A stretch of DNA of 64,000 bases, from assembly GCA_963827235.1 (NCBI GenBank), contig CAWHAE010000016.1:192001-256000 (forward strand), read 5' to 3'. A program made the translations under genes and the position numbers. The notes under the pieces are model-generated. The model was given only the letters and a program-made list of their open reading frames with translations. It was not told the DNA's origin and did not search any database. The stretch's first letter is position 1. The number at the start of each line of letters is the position of its first letter. This stretch comes from an uncultured bacterium. GTDB lineage: Bacteria; Chloroflexota; UBA5177; JANWHV01. Of the stretch, positions 9,773-20,748 are shown one piece after another.

Positions 9773-11304
9773 GCGGACTCCTGCTGGCAATCGACCAGGG
9801 CACGAGTAACACGAAGGCTGTGCTCGTCAATCAATCCGGATCGGTCGTGGCGCGGGCAACGCAAGCACTGACGCGCGGTTATCCCCAACCGGGTTGGGTG
9901 GAGCAGGATCCGCAGGCAATACTAGTCAGCGTGTACGCAGCTCTCGACGCCGTGCTCGCTCAGGCCGGCCATCCACGCGTCGACGCGATCGCCATAAGCA
10001 ACCAGCGTGAGTCGGTGCTGCTCTGGGAGCGATGCTCGGGCACGCCCCTCGGACCCTGCGTGTCCTGGCAATGCCGGCGAAGCGAGCGCCTGTGCGCCGA
10101 GATACGCTATGCTGGTGCGGAGCCGCTCATCCTGTCTGCCACCGGTTTGCCGCTCGATCCAATGTTCTCGGCCGGCAAGGCACGCTGGCTGCTCGACCAC
10201 GCGCCCGACGGCAAGGCTCGCGCTGCCCAGGGTGAGCTATGTCTCGGCACCGTGGATAGCTGGCTGCTATGGAATCTCACCGGCGGCCGTATCCATGCCT
10301 GCGATGTCGGCAATGCCGCCCGGACGCAGCTCTTCAACACTCGCGACCTTCGCTGGGATCGCGCCCTTCTGGACGTGTTCGGCGTACCGGGCGCCGCGCT
10401 GCCGGACGTCAAGCCGTCGGGCTCAGTCTTCGGCACCAATCTGCCGGTCGCCTCGCTACCCGGTGGCATACCGATCGCGGCGATGATGGGCGACTCGCAT
10501 GCCGCACTTTTCGGCCAGGGCGGCTTCCACCCCGGCGTGATCAAGGCAACCTATGGCACCGGCTCGTCGCTCATGACGCCCACGAGCAGGCGTGTGGAGG
10601 CGGGACGAGGCATTGCCAGTACCATCGCGTGGGCCCGCCGGGATGTCACCTATGCGCTCGAAGGAAACATCACCGTCTCCGGCGCTGCGGTGCGGTGGCT
10701 GGGCAAGCTCTTTAACCTGGAGCGGGCGCCAGAGGAGGTGACCGCGCTGGCCAGGCAGGTACCGGACTCGGACGGCGTATACCTGGTGCCAGCATTTGCC
10801 GGCCTGGGTGCCCCGCACTGGAACACCGCTGCTCGCGGCCTGATCTGTGGACTGACGGACCGCACGACCGTCGCGCACCTGGCGCGCGCAACGCTTGACG
10901 CTATTACCTTTCTGGTGCGCGACGTATTTGAAGCGATGGGCGCCTGCTCGGGCGAAGCCTTCACCGCGCTCCTGGCAGACGGGGGTCCCAGCGGTAACGA
11001 CATGCTGATGCAGCTGCAATCGGACGCGTTGAATGTACCGGTCGTGCGCACGGCCTCTTCTGATCTCTCGGCAATTGGCGCGGCGTATATGGCCGGCTTG
11101 ACCGTCGGGTACTGGCCATCGGAGGATGCCGTCCTGAGTTTGATCGGACCACGCGCTCGTTTTGAGCCCGCAATGGACGATGCCAGGCGCAAATCGCTTT
11201 ATAGCGGCTGGCTGGATGCGCTGGCTCGCACCACGCTCGAGCCAGGTAGCCGCCCGGCGCCGCGGTCGACTACCGGAGCCCGCGGCGATAATCGGCAAGG
11301 ATAG
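9769..11304 (+). CDS. FGGY/glycerol-kinase-family sugar kinase (apulose kinase-like)
   Basis: LAIDQGTS, GWVEQDP, NQRES, GTVDSWL, GDSHAALFGQ, KATYGTG, PAFAGLGAPHW, ADGG; TTG start overlaps the upstream TGA. Confidence 0.92.
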   Translation: MSGLLLAIDQGTSNTKAVLVNQSGSVVARATQALTRGYPQPGWVEQDPQAILVSVYAALDAVLAQAGHPRVDAIAISNQRESVLLWERCSGTPLGPCVSWQCRRSERLCAEIRYAGAEPLILSATGLPLDPMFSAGKARWLLDHAPDGKARAAQGELCLGTVDSWLLWNLTGGRIHACDVGNAARTQLFNTRDLRWDRALLDVFGVPGAALPDVKPSGSVFGTNLPVASLPGGIPIAAMMGDSHAALFGQGGFHPGVIKATYGTGSSLMTPTSRRVEAGRGIASTIAWARRDVTYALEGNITVSGAAVRWLGKLFNLERAPEEVTALARQVPDSDGVYLVPAFAGLGAPHWNTAARGLICGLTDRTTVAHLARATLDAITFLVRDVFEAMGACSGEAFTALLADGGPSGNDMLMQLQSDALNVPVVRTASSDLSAIGAAYMAGLTVGYWPSEDAVLSLIGPRARFEPAMDDARRKSLYSGWLDALARTTLEPGSRPAPRSTTGARGDNRQG

Positions 11305-11313
11305 GAGTCTTCC

Positions 11314-12264
11314 ATGCATGCAGGCGAGGTTCCCGCCAAGCGGACGCGCGTGATCGTGAATACTGATGCCAAGAACGAAGCCGACGATCAGTACGCCATC
11401 GTGCACGCCATTCTCACTCCGTCGTTTGAGCTGCACGGCATCATCCCGGCACACTTCCGCGGCGTCGTGCCGCCGGAACTGTTGCCGTGGGGTGCAGGCC
11501 TCGAGGCGCGCGCCGCGCACGACAGCCAGGCGCAGAGCCGGGCCGAAGTAGTCAAGCTGCTCGCACTGATGAATCTGCAAGAGGCAATACATGTCGCCGA
11601 CGGCGCTCCCGTGGCGCTTCCCGATAGCGGCACGCCTGTGCCGTCGCCGGGCGCCGACCTCATCATCCGGGAGGCGCTGCGCGATGACCCGCGGCCGCTC
11701 TTCGTAGCGTTCTACGGGCCTCTGACAGACATGGCGAGTGCGCTCCTGATCGAACCGCGCATAGCGGATCGGAATGTCGTGGTCGTCTGGATTGGCGGCG
11801 GTCCCTGGCCCGAGGGTGGCGCCGAGTTCAACCTTTCCAACGACATTCACGCCGCCAACGTGGTCTTTCGCTCACGGATCCAGGTCTGGCAGATTCCCAG
11901 TCCGGTCTACAAGCTGATGCCGGTGAGCTACGCGGAGCTGCGGGCGAAAGTACAACCATGCGGCGCGCTCGGACGCTACCTCGTCGAGCAGCTCATCGAG
12001 TGGAACACGCGCTGGGTGGACGGCCCGATTGAATACCGATCGCTTGGCGACTCGCCCGCCGTGGGCGTGATCATGTACCCGGACTGCGGACGATGGTCCA
12101 TGCGCCCCGCGCCGCAGTTCGACGACGCCATGCGCTACCAGCACATTGGCGGCAACCGGCCGATCCGCGTCTACGACTCGGTCGATGCGCGCTTCATCCA
12201 CGAGGACTTCTTCGCGAAGCTCGCATCGTTCACGGCGGGCGGGCACGAGCCGGAGAGCCGATGA
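11314..12264 (+). CDS. Inosine/uridine-preferring nucleoside hydrolase family protein (divergent)
   Basis: Variant Asp motif NTDAKNEADDQYAI, GPLTDMA, WIGGG, AEFNL..DI.AA, LGDSPAV. Confidence 0.85.
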   Translation: MHAGEVPAKRTRVIVNTDAKNEADDQYAIVHAILTPSFELHGIIPAHFRGVVPPELLPWGAGLEARAAHDSQAQSRAEVVKLLALMNLQEAIHVADGAPVALPDSGTPVPSPGADLIIREALRDDPRPLFVAFYGPLTDMASALLIEPRIADRNVVVVWIGGGPWPEGGAEFNLSNDIHAANVVFRSRIQVWQIPSPVYKLMPVSYAELRAKVQPCGALGRYLVEQLIEWNTRWVDGPIEYRSLGDSPAVGVIMYPDCGRWSMRPAPQFDDAMRYQHIGGNRPIRVYDSVDARFIHEDFFAKLASFTAGGHEPESR

Positions 12265-12341
12265 TCGTCCACCGCCGCCGGCAGTCGTAGCCGCGACAAG
12301 CGACGGCCACTGCGAGAATCTCGTATGGCGAATGGAGCAAG

Positions 12342-13880
12342 ATGCACTCACAAGCGTGGCGCGAAGTCGAGATCCAGCTCACCGCGATGAGAGACTATCC
12401 CAACCCATACACGGACCTCGATGTCTGGGCCGAGTTTACGCACGAGAACGGACTCACCGTGCGCCGTCCTGCGTTCTGGGACGGTGCTCTCAGCTGGGCC
12501 CTGCGTTTTGCCTCGCCCGTCGCATCTGGGCGCTGGGCCTGGAGGACGTTCTGCAGCGTCGACGATCCCGGACTCGCCGGGCATACGGGCCACATCCTCT
12601 GCGAGACTGGTCCATCGCCTGAGAACCGATTCTACAGGCACGGCTTCTGGCGCATGTCGCCCGGCGGCCGGAACCTGATCCATGCAGACGGTACGGCCGC
12701 GCTCCTCGCGGCCGACACCGCCTGGGCGCTGCCCTGGCGTGCCACTGAGGAGCAGTGCCGAACCTACGCGGCCGACAGGCACTCCAAGGGATTCAACGCC
12801 GCGCTTCTGATGAGTGCGCAGCCGGACATGGGGGCCCGCGGTCCTCGTGACCGTTCGGCAGACGAGGGCTTCGACGTCGGGTTCGAGGATCTGGCGGCCG
12901 GGCACATCAACCGGCTGAACCCAAGCTACTTCCAATGCCTGGATCGGCTCCTGAGTATCCTGGTCGAGCACGAAATCGTACCCGTGCTCCAACCGGTCTT
13001 TCAGGGCTACGGCTGGAAGGGCCTTGGGGTCGCGGGCACCGTGGTTCCGCCGGTGGAGTACGCCCGCTATTGCCGGTATCTGGTGGCTCGCTACGGCGCG
13101 CGGCCGGCTATCTATCTGGTCGGCGCCGATGGGTCGGGCTACGAGCCTCAGGTAGCAGCCGGGGGCCAGGAGGTCGAGCGGTGGGATGCCTACAGCCAAC
13201 CCACTGGAATCCACTATCGCCCGCACGCCGACAATTGCGCCCGGCAGGATGCCGCCTGGCTGGACTTCCAGTGGTGCCAGACAGGCCACATCGGCGAGCA
13301 TCTGCCAGAGCGAGTGGCGGACATGTGGCGCAACCTGCCGGTGAAAGCGGTAGCGAACGGAGAGCCCACCTACGAGCACATCGGCAAGCGGGGCCGGGCG
13401 GCGGGCTGGTGGCAGGGCCACGAGGCATGGAGCAACCTGTGCGCCGGCGGCACCATGGGCGTGGTCTACGGCGCGGGCAGTCTGTGGCAATGGCGGCTTC
13501 ACGACGACGAGCCCGGCCATGAGGCATGGTGCTCGGCCGCGGGGTCAGGATGGCGAGAGGCCAGTGACTTCGAGGGATCGCGATATGTCGGGGGCGTGGC
13601 GAAGATCGTCGACGGATTGCCGCTCGCCGATCTCGCGCCGGACTGGAAGGTGACGCTCGGCCGACGCGGGCTGCTGGTCCCGGACAGGCTGTTCATCGGT
13701 TACGTCGAAGACGGTGGGCCGTTGCGACTGTTTGGAGAAGCGATCCCGCATCGGTACCGGGTGGTCGATCCACGGACCGGCAGGGTGACCGGCAGCGGCG
13801 TGCGCAGCCAGGCCGAACCGGAGATCCCGGACAGCGGGGGAGGGCCCCGTGTCTATATCTGTTGCGATGAAACCGATTAG
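12342..13880 (+). CDS. DUF5060/DUF4038 apiosidase-like (GH140-related) glycoside hydrolase
   Basis: N-terminal NPY...FWDG..WALRF domain, LIHADGT...[47 protein letters not shown]. Confidence 0.8.
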   Translation: MHSQAWREVEIQLTAMRDYPNPYTDLDVWAEFTHENGLTVRRPAFWDGALSWALRFASPVASGRWAWRTFCSVDDPGLAGHTGHILCETGPSPENRFYRHGFWRMSPGGRNLIHADGTAALLAADTAWALPWRATEEQCRTYAADRHSKGFNAALLMSAQPDMGARGPRDRSADEGFDVGFEDLAAGHINRLNPSYFQCLDRLLSILVEHEIVPVLQPVFQGYGWKGLGVAGTVVPPVEYARYCRYLVARYGARPAIYLVGADGSGYEPQVAAGGQEVERWDAYSQPTGIHYRPHADNCARQDAAWLDFQWCQTGHIGEHLPERVADMWRNLPVKAVANGEPTYEHIGKRGRAAGWWQGHEAWSNLCAGGTMGVVYGAGSLWQWRLHDDEPGHEAWCSAAGSGWREASDFEGSRYVGGVAKIVDGLPLADLAPDWKVTLGRRGLLVPDRLFIGYVEDGGPLRLFGEAIPHRYRVVDPRTGRVTGSGVRSQAEPEIPDSGGGPRVYICCDETD

Positions 13881-13994
13881 CTTGTCACCAACTGCCGGAT
13901 TAAGCGCGAGGCGACCTGACACCGGTGCGTCGAGCGACCCTGGACGTGCATAGCTGACCGGCTTCCAGTTACCAGCGGCGAGAAGGAGACGTCC

Positions 13995-15458
13995 ATGAGC
14001 ACAACGGCAATGCGACCAGTCCCCGTAACGGGCACCACTCCATCGCTGCGTCCGGTCACCCTCGGTGTGATCGTGGGCAACCGGGGCTTCTTCCCGCAAC
14101 ACCTGGCTCTCAGCGGCCGAAGAGTCATTCTGGAGGTACTGGCCAGGGCAGGTATCAACGCCGTGATCCTGGCGGAGGAGTTGTCGGAGGTCGGCGCGAT
14201 CGAGTCCCTGCAAGAGGCGCGGGCGTGCGCCGATCTGTTCCGGCAGCATCGCGAGGAGATCGACGGTGTGCTGGTCACGTTGCCCAATTTCGGCGACGAG
14301 CGCGCGGTAGCCAACGCCCTGCGCATGTCGGGGCTCAACGTGCCTGTGCTGATCCACGCCTTTCCCGACGATCCCGCCAAGATGCGCCTCGAAGATCGGC
14401 GGGACAGCTTCTGCGGCAAGATGAGCGTCTGCAACAATCTGCGGCAATATGGGATTCCCTACTCGCTCACCCAGATGCATACCGTCGACCCGGCGAGCGA
14501 CTCGTTTGCACGTGATCTGGCCGGGTTTGCGGCCGTATGCCGTGTCGTACGCGGTCTGCGCGGCATGCGGGTCGGGATGCTCGGGGCCCGGCCCAGCTCC
14601 TTCAACACTGTGCGGTTCAGCGAAAAGCTGCTGGAGCACAGCGGAATCAGTGTGGAGACGCTCGACCTTTCGGAGGCCCTTGGGCGCATCGGACGCATTG
14701 CCGACAACGATACTGAGGTCGCCGCCAAGTGTGAGGCAGTCACACGATACGCGGACTCAGGACGCGTGCCCGCCGACGCTTTGACGAGGATGGCCAAGCT
14801 CGGCGTGGTCCTGGACCGTTGGATGGGGGACCAGGCTCTCGACGCCACTGCGATCCAGTGCTGGACTTCGCTCGAGGAGAACCTCGGCGTGATGCCATGC
14901 ACGCTTATGAGCATGGCCAGCAACAGCCTGTTGCCCGCCGCCTGCGAGACCGACGTCGCGGGCGTGGTCGGCATGTATGCGCTGGCAATGGCTTCAGGAC
15001 AGCCGAGCGCGATCGTCGACTGGAACAACAACTATGCCGAGGATCCGGACAAGGCGATAGTGTTCCACTGCTCGAACTTGCCGAAAGCAGTATTCATTGA
15101 CGTGCAGCCCAAGATGGATTACTCGCCGCTCTTCGCCGGCACCGTGGGCCGCGAGAACGCCTATGGCATCATTCGCGGACGCGTGCGCGACAACCCGTTT
15201 ACATATCTCCGGGTGTCCACGGACGACGCAGCCGGGGTGATACGGGCCTACGTCGGCGAGGGTGCGTTCACCGCGGACCCGCTGCAGACCTACGGCGGCT
15301 ACGGAGTGGTGAAGGTCCCGCGCCTGCAGGAGCTGCTGAGCTTCATCTGCGAGCAGGGCTTCGAGCACCATGTCTCGATCAATCAGACCACCGTGGCGGC
15401 ACCCGTGCACGAGGCCCTGACCAAGTACCTCGGGTGGACGGTGCATTACCACCGCTGA
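13995..15458 (+). CDS. L-fucose/L-arabinose isomerase family protein
   Basis: GNRGFFP, LPNFGDE, RRDSFCGKMS, AIQCW, ACETD, HCSN, FEHH motifs. Confidence 0.9.
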   Translation: MSTTAMRPVPVTGTTPSLRPVTLGVIVGNRGFFPQHLALSGRRVILEVLARAGINAVILAEELSEVGAIESLQEARACADLFRQHREEIDGVLVTLPNFGDERAVANALRMSGLNVPVLIHAFPDDPAKMRLEDRRDSFCGKMSVCNNLRQYGIPYSLTQMHTVDPASDSFARDLAGFAAVCRVVRGLRGMRVGMLGARPSSFNTVRFSEKLLEHSGISVETLDLSEALGRIGRIADNDTEVAAKCEAVTRYADSGRVPADALTRMAKLGVVLDRWMGDQALDATAIQCWTSLEENLGVMPCTLMSMASNSLLPAACETDVAGVVGMYALAMASGQPSAIVDWNNNYAEDPDKAIVFHCSNLPKAVFIDVQPKMDYSPLFAGTVGRENAYGIIRGRVRDNPFTYLRVSTDDAAGVIRAYVGEGAFTADPLQTYGGYGVVKVPRLQELLSFICEQGFEHHVSINQTTVAAPVHEALTKYLGWTVHYHR

Positions 15459-15923
15459 CCGCGGTCTCCTGCGCGATGGCCGAACGCGGGATAGCCAACC
15501 GTGCGGGCGGCGATCGTGCCGTGCCAACCGGCAGTTCGACCCAGTCGGGCGGCAGTGGCGAATCCTGCCATCACGGATCCGTGCCGACAAGGGCAGGGGT
15601 TGCCCGACGGACGGTAAAGCGACGGGGACGGCTGGGCCTTGCCAAGGAACTGCTTCACTGCCGATCAGCGGCGCGACGGCTTGACTGCAAGGCGGACTGC
15701 TATCGATTGGCCGCGCCGCGGAGCGCGCCAATCGGCGAAATGGCCGTTCTCATCCGGCGGAGGCCGTCATCCAGGGCTCTGGGCGGATGGCAGCGGCAGG
15801 TCAAGCCACCGGGCCGCGCCCCTCATGCAAGGTCTAGCCGGGATTCTGCTGCCGCCACGACTCGTGGTTGCAGGCTGACCTCCCAATGCATGCGCTAGGC
15901 GTATCCGGCACGAAGATGTCGCA

Positions 15924-15953
15924 TTGACAGACACGGATCGCGTTTGCTACCAT
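15924..15953 (+). promoter_or_regulatory. tRNA promoter
   Basis: TTGACA-18 bp-TACCAT with TGn, 11 bp upstream of the tRNA. Confidence 0.8.
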
Positions 15954-15964
15954 CAGGGGGCTTT

Positions 15965-16041
15965 GGAGGCGTGGTGTAGTGGCCTAACATGCCTGCCTGT
16001 CACGCAGGAGACCGCGGGTTCGAATCCCGTCGCTTCCGCCA
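15965..16041 (+). tRNA. tRNA-Asp (GTC)
   Basis: Acceptor stem GGAGGCG/CGCTTCC, anticodon arm CCTGC-CTGTCAC-GCAGG, T arm GCGGG-TTCGAAT-CCCGT, encoded CCA end. Confidence 0.98.
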
Positions 16042-16750
16042 GCACTACATATAGCGTCACATGGCCAAATATCGGGCCTATGCCACTATATGCAGTGGTA
16101 GGTGGTGTACGCGGGAACGATGTCGAGCAGACCGGTGGCCGCGAAACACGAGATCCTGCTTGGGTGACCGGCCGTCGCGGCAGCGACTCGTTGGCGGTTT
16201 GCTCGACATAGGCGCGGTTCTTCGCCGTGCCTAGACGCTCGCAGTTTCCACGCACTTGTTGGCGCGACCTTCAATTCGTCGTATCAGCATGTTGGCCACC
16301 CCTCTCTGTGACTCCAGAACGTTGGTACACTCTTGCCGGCATCAACTAGATACTGCTCGGCCAATGTCGAACCAGCGCTGAACCACGGCAGGTGCAACAG
16401 CCGGCCGATCTGTCCTCCGCTTCAATCGCCAATCTCGTGAGTACGGCATTCACTACGACAGACGAGTTTGTCTATAGTAGGTTATGTCACGTAGGCCGCG
16501 ACTGGCCGGCGCCGGCCCACAAGCATGCAACTGCGAGAAGCTGAGTCTAGCTGCCAGGCAGCCAATTGGCGGTTGTTTGTCATCGCTGGGGCTGGCGCCA
16601 ACACAGCAAGCCGAGCCAGCCTGCTCCGCATCGCCAGGGAGCCGGTCTGTTGGGGGCCGGAACACTCTGCACTGCCGGGTGCCCTGGCCGCGGCGCTGTC
16701 TGTCCACCGATCGGCCGCAGCGTGCGGGGCACGTCCAACCACCGACTGGG

Positions 16751-17500
16751 TCAAGACAGGCTTTTCGCCTCCACGGCCAGAAACTGGTTCAGGACTGCAG
16801 TGCACACGCCGTGCTCGCTCTCCGGCAAGACACAGACAGCCGCCATGGCAGTCGTGTTCTTGAAGCCGTTGTAGACATAGGTGCCGTAGACAACGACCCC
16901 ATAACTCGGATATCGACTATTCGACGGCACGAGACTGCCAGAGTCCGCCGGAACGTACTCTCCCGCCGGATCATAGAAGGCAACGGCGACGGCGCTGAGG
17001 CGTCGCGTGGTCTGGCCCAGTGGCTGCGGCGGACAACTGAAGTGGTCCTGCGCTGCCGCCTTCCGTGCCGCCGCGAAGAATGGGCAGGCAAGTGTCACGA
17101 CGCAGCCCGCACAGGCTGACAGCGTGACTGCCGCTACACCCCCGTTGCCAATGTTTTGATCCTTGCCAGACGGATGATACGCGCTGATAGAGCCGCCACC
17201 ATCCGCCGCGATCACCGCGTGACACGCTAACCCCTTTGGTCCAAGGATCTGGATGAATCCTCCGGTGGACGAGTAGACCACGAGATGGGTAGCAGCACTG
17301 GGCACGTCGGCCGTGGCCGCGACCGGCGTTTGTGGGCTGTCGATACCAAGCGTTGTCGGACATACAATAACCGGAATTCTGGCAGCTGGCGCCGCGTCCG
17401 CAGGAGCGACACCTGCAGCGCGAGAGTCCAGACGAGGTGTATACGTCGATGAGCAGAGGGCGAAAACAGCACATATCAGCAGTGTCGTCGTACGAAGCAT
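16751..17500 (-). CDS. Secreted Cys-containing protein (tentatively DUF4850-like), intact copy
   Basis: Signal peptide, VCPTT.G, ILGPKG..C.AVIAADG, SACAGCV...ACPFF; GGAGG RBS; paralog at 52722-53470. Confidence 0.75.
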   Translation of the reverse strand: MLRTTTLLICAVFALCSSTYTPRLDSRAAGVAPADAAPAARIPVIVCPTTLGIDSPQTPVAATADVPSAATHLVVYSSTGGFIQILGPKGLACHAVIAADGGGSISAYHPSGKDQNIGNGGVAAVTLSACAGCVVTLACPFFAAARKAAAQDHFSCPPQPLGQTTRRLSAVAVAFYDPAGEYVPADSGSLVPSNSRYPSYGVVVYGTYVYNGFKNTTAMAAVCVLPESEHGVCTAVLNQFLAVEAKSLS

Positions 17501-17607
17501 CGTGACCTCCGTGTCCTGCGTTCAGTCTCAGACCATGGGCACCGTGCTCATCATACAATCCAATGCCACGCCCGATAGCCCGATGGAAGGAGGTCGAGAC
17601 TGAGGTA

Positions 17608-18087
17608 ATGCGCCGAACCCTCGGCGCCGGCTTCACGGTCTGGACCGCCGACCGCGCCGGCGATCACGACACGGTGTACTCGGTGGCGGCGCTGGATGCG
17701 CGCCTGGAGCTGGCCGGACCTGCCTGGGTAGGGCACACGGCTCAGGTCCGCGGCGTGGTCGAGGGCTGTAGTGCGCTGAACGGCCCACCGAGCTACTACC
17801 TCTCTCCGGACCCGGGGGAGAGTGCTGCCTCATTGTCTGTCGATCCGCTGTCCCTGGCCGTACCGCACTCGACGGCGCTGCAGCGCTTGTTCCAGCCTCT
17901 GCCGCTGTTCCACGATCTCGTTCCGGATACACCTTCTTCCCTCTCGGTGGACGAGGCAGGGGTCTTTCGGCTTAAGCTCCCAAGGCAACGCGAGGTCTCC
18001 TGCGGTCGTGCCGCCTGCTACGTCGGCCTCGTGGTGGGAGTGACGCCGACGGGCCGAGGGGGAGCCGTGGCAGCAGGGAGCGACTGA
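17608..18087 (+). CDS. Hypothetical protein, possibly truncated at the N-terminus
   Basis: Protein-like ORF (VYSVAAL...WVG..AQVRG...C...CY) with an RBS-like GAGGT. Confidence 0.45.
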   Translation: MRRTLGAGFTVWTADRAGDHDTVYSVAALDARLELAGPAWVGHTAQVRGVVEGCSALNGPPSYYLSPDPGESAASLSVDPLSLAVPHSTALQRLFQPLPLFHDLVPDTPSSLSVDEAGVFRLKLPRQREVSCGRAACYVGLVVGVTPTGRGGAVAAGSD

Positions 18088-18466
18088 CAGGAAAGCAGCA
18101 TCGATGCGGCCTGTTGGGCGCGCACTGGACCTATAGAATTACAGCTACGCGATGGACCATGAGGGTTAAGTCACGCAGAATCCGGTAGGTGCAAGATGCC
18201 CTCAATTGCCGCAGACGGGCAGCGTCGCTGCGCGCCTGAGTAGCGGTTAGGCTCCGCGGCATGAGAGATTCTCACTTGTATCCTCCTGAGAGCGATCCAA
18301 GAGCTTGCGTTAGTACGCCATGTACCTCCTTTCTTCGAAGGGCACCATCCGCGCCGGGTCGGTGCTGCTCAGTGCCCCCGCCCCCCATGAAAGTGGGAAG
18401 AGGCGGGGTCAGATCATCGTGCGACGCAGCCCCGCCTGCCAGGGGAACAGCAGCTTCCAGCCCGAC

Positions 18467-20258
18467 TTAAGAATTGAGCCACCAGTCGCCGATATTCCAT
18501 TCGTTGCCCACACCCGTTCCGTTATCGATGTAGTTGACCACGCTGGCACTGGTCAGGGTAACGTCGGGACGTAGGAAAAGCGGAAGCACATACAGTTGGC
18601 TAGCGATGAGGCGCTGGGCATCCTGGTAGATGTGGTTGCGCTCCTGCTGGTGCAGCGTGGTGCGGCCCTGATCCAGCAGCGCATCCAGGTTCGGATCGTT
18701 GACACGCCCCACATTGCCCCCGTTGGGGTTCTGCGCACTGGGAATTTGGCTGCTGTGGAAGATTGTGTACAGAGCGGCATGGGGGTCAAAGGCAAGGACG
18801 TAAGCAAACTCCGCGGTGTCATACTGCCCGGTCGCAAGAGTGCCATTCTGGGCAAAGCCCGCGAAGAACTGGGACGCCGGGTAGTACGTCACACGTCACC
18901 CGAATGCCTAGCGCCGCCAGGTCTTGCTGAATAAGCTGGCTGACATTCGCACGAAAAGCGCTGCCAGATACCGTCACCAGGTTCAGCGTGGGGAAGGGCT
19001 GACTGTTCCTGGTGCAGGGGAGGCTGGAGCAGTCCCAGCCGGATGCCTGCATGTCCCGTTTGGCCTGGCTCAGATCATAGGCTGGCAGGGTGATCGTGGG
19101 GTCGAAGGCGGGGGAAGGCGCAGGCAGTGTTTCCTGCACCCGCAACGTCGGACAGAACTGATGCAGCACCTGCTGGATAATCTGGCAGCGATCAATGGCC
19201 TGGGTAATGGCCCGGCGGACATTGGCATCCTGCAGGACGGGGGTTTGCAGGTTAAAGGTCAGGTACTCTTCGGACAATTGGGAGGTCACATGCAGTCCCG
19301 GTAGCCCGTTGAGCGACTGATTCATGAAATCGCCAGGGTCGAAACCTTCAGCGTGCTGGAGTTGCCCTGTCTGATACGCAGCGATGAGTGCGGCCTTACT
19401 GGAATAGCCCTGGAAGATCAACTGCTCCAGCACGCTCTTGTGAAAGGTGCTGGAGCTATAGTGCATGTTGGGCACCATCGTGAAGCGCTGCCCAGGCGAA
19501 AAAGTGGAGATGACAAAAGGACCACTATCGACCTGTGGGGTCAGGTTGACCAGGGGATTGGAGGCCAGTTGCGCGTCAGGAATGCCGCCCCAACTATGTT
19601 GGGGGGCGGCCAGCGGGAGGTAGGCCAGGTAGGCGCCGAACGGATGGGCATAGGTGAGGACGACGGTATGGGGATTCAGGGCAGTGATCGAGGTAATCTG
19701 ATCGTAGCAAGCGGTGCAAGCGGTAGCTCCGGTGGCGGGATCAAGCTGCACATGCAGCCAATAGACAAAATCAATGGCGGTGAGGGGCACGCCATCCGAC
19801 CACTTCAGATCCGGGCGCAGCTTCATCACCACCGACAGCCCATCCGGGCTGACATCGCCGTTCGCCAGCGTGGGTACTTCGAGGAGTTGATCGGGGACGT
19901 AGACGCCACCGCTGCTAGTTGTGATCGGGTAGGCCCACAGAGCATTTTGCACCTCCTGGCCGGCCGAAGTGGTATTGAACCAGGGGTTGGTAGAGACGGG
20001 GAACTGCCAGTCACCGTAGGTGATCGTCCGCGCTCGTGTTTGCCAGCCCCAGCCGGGGTCGTTTGGCGCGCCTGCTACTGCCCGAACCCGACTGCTCACC
20101 AGGTCGACGCTCGCACGCTCCCGCAGGGCACGAATTGCGGCGGGGCCTAGGCGGGCCTGGCTCGCGCGTATCCCGGCTGGCGCGCCTGCTGCGCCCAGCG
20201 CGGCCACCAGGCCGATGCACAGGAGCAGACGCCACAGGAGACGACATCCACGACACAT
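18467..20258 (-). pseudogene. Family 5 peptide ABC substrate-binding protein, frameshifted near 18893
   Basis: VPTLANGDVSPDGL, LRPDLKWSDG.PLT..DF, GPF, VRRAI..AIDR; C-terminal part (YQDAQRLIASQLYVLPLF, WNIGDW) lies in another frame; no permease or ATPase genes nearby. Confidence 0.85.
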
Positions 20259-20519
20259 GGTGCTACATTCTCCCTTCCTGCGCCAGGCATCAGAAACCCG
20301 GCGCACGACACTGCCATCGTGGCCGGGTTCACCAGTTGCTCGCTGCGGTCCAGGGTGGCCAGGAAAGAGCAGGCGTCAGAGGGCGTGGAGCGGTCTCACC
20401 GCTCACGGGACTGTCGGCGTCGGGCCCTTTCTAGGACGGCAGGTCAGCGCATCCACTCCGACCCGATCGTACACCGCATGTCAAGGCACTGCTCTGTACG
20501 CCTTCTTGCCGCGTCACGC

Positions 20520-20748
20520 CCGTTGCTGGAGCTATCGCCGCCAGCCACTCCCGTACGTAGGGTTGCACCAGGCCGGTGCGGGCGGCCAGTTCCTCAGATG
20601 TCGCGGGATCGCCGTCCCGCAAGGCGCTCAGCAGGCCCAGCTGATCTTCCAGGTAGATCAGGCCCGCCGTCATACCGCCGGTGCAGTCCTGTGCCCACCG
20701 CCCGCTCAACCGTTCGAGCGCTGCCCTCTCGGGATGCTCTCCAGCCAT
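20520..20748 (-). pseudogene. N-terminal winged-helix fragment of a SAM-dependent methyltransferase (Rv2258c-like)
   Basis: GLIYLEDQLGLLSALRDGDPATSEELAARTGLVQPYVREWLAA, after which similarity is lost. Confidence 0.7.

Noticed and set aside
16042-16750. Integrase or att site next to tRNA-Asp
   Set aside because: I found no tyrosine recombinase motifs and no repeat of the tRNA 3' end by eye in this window.
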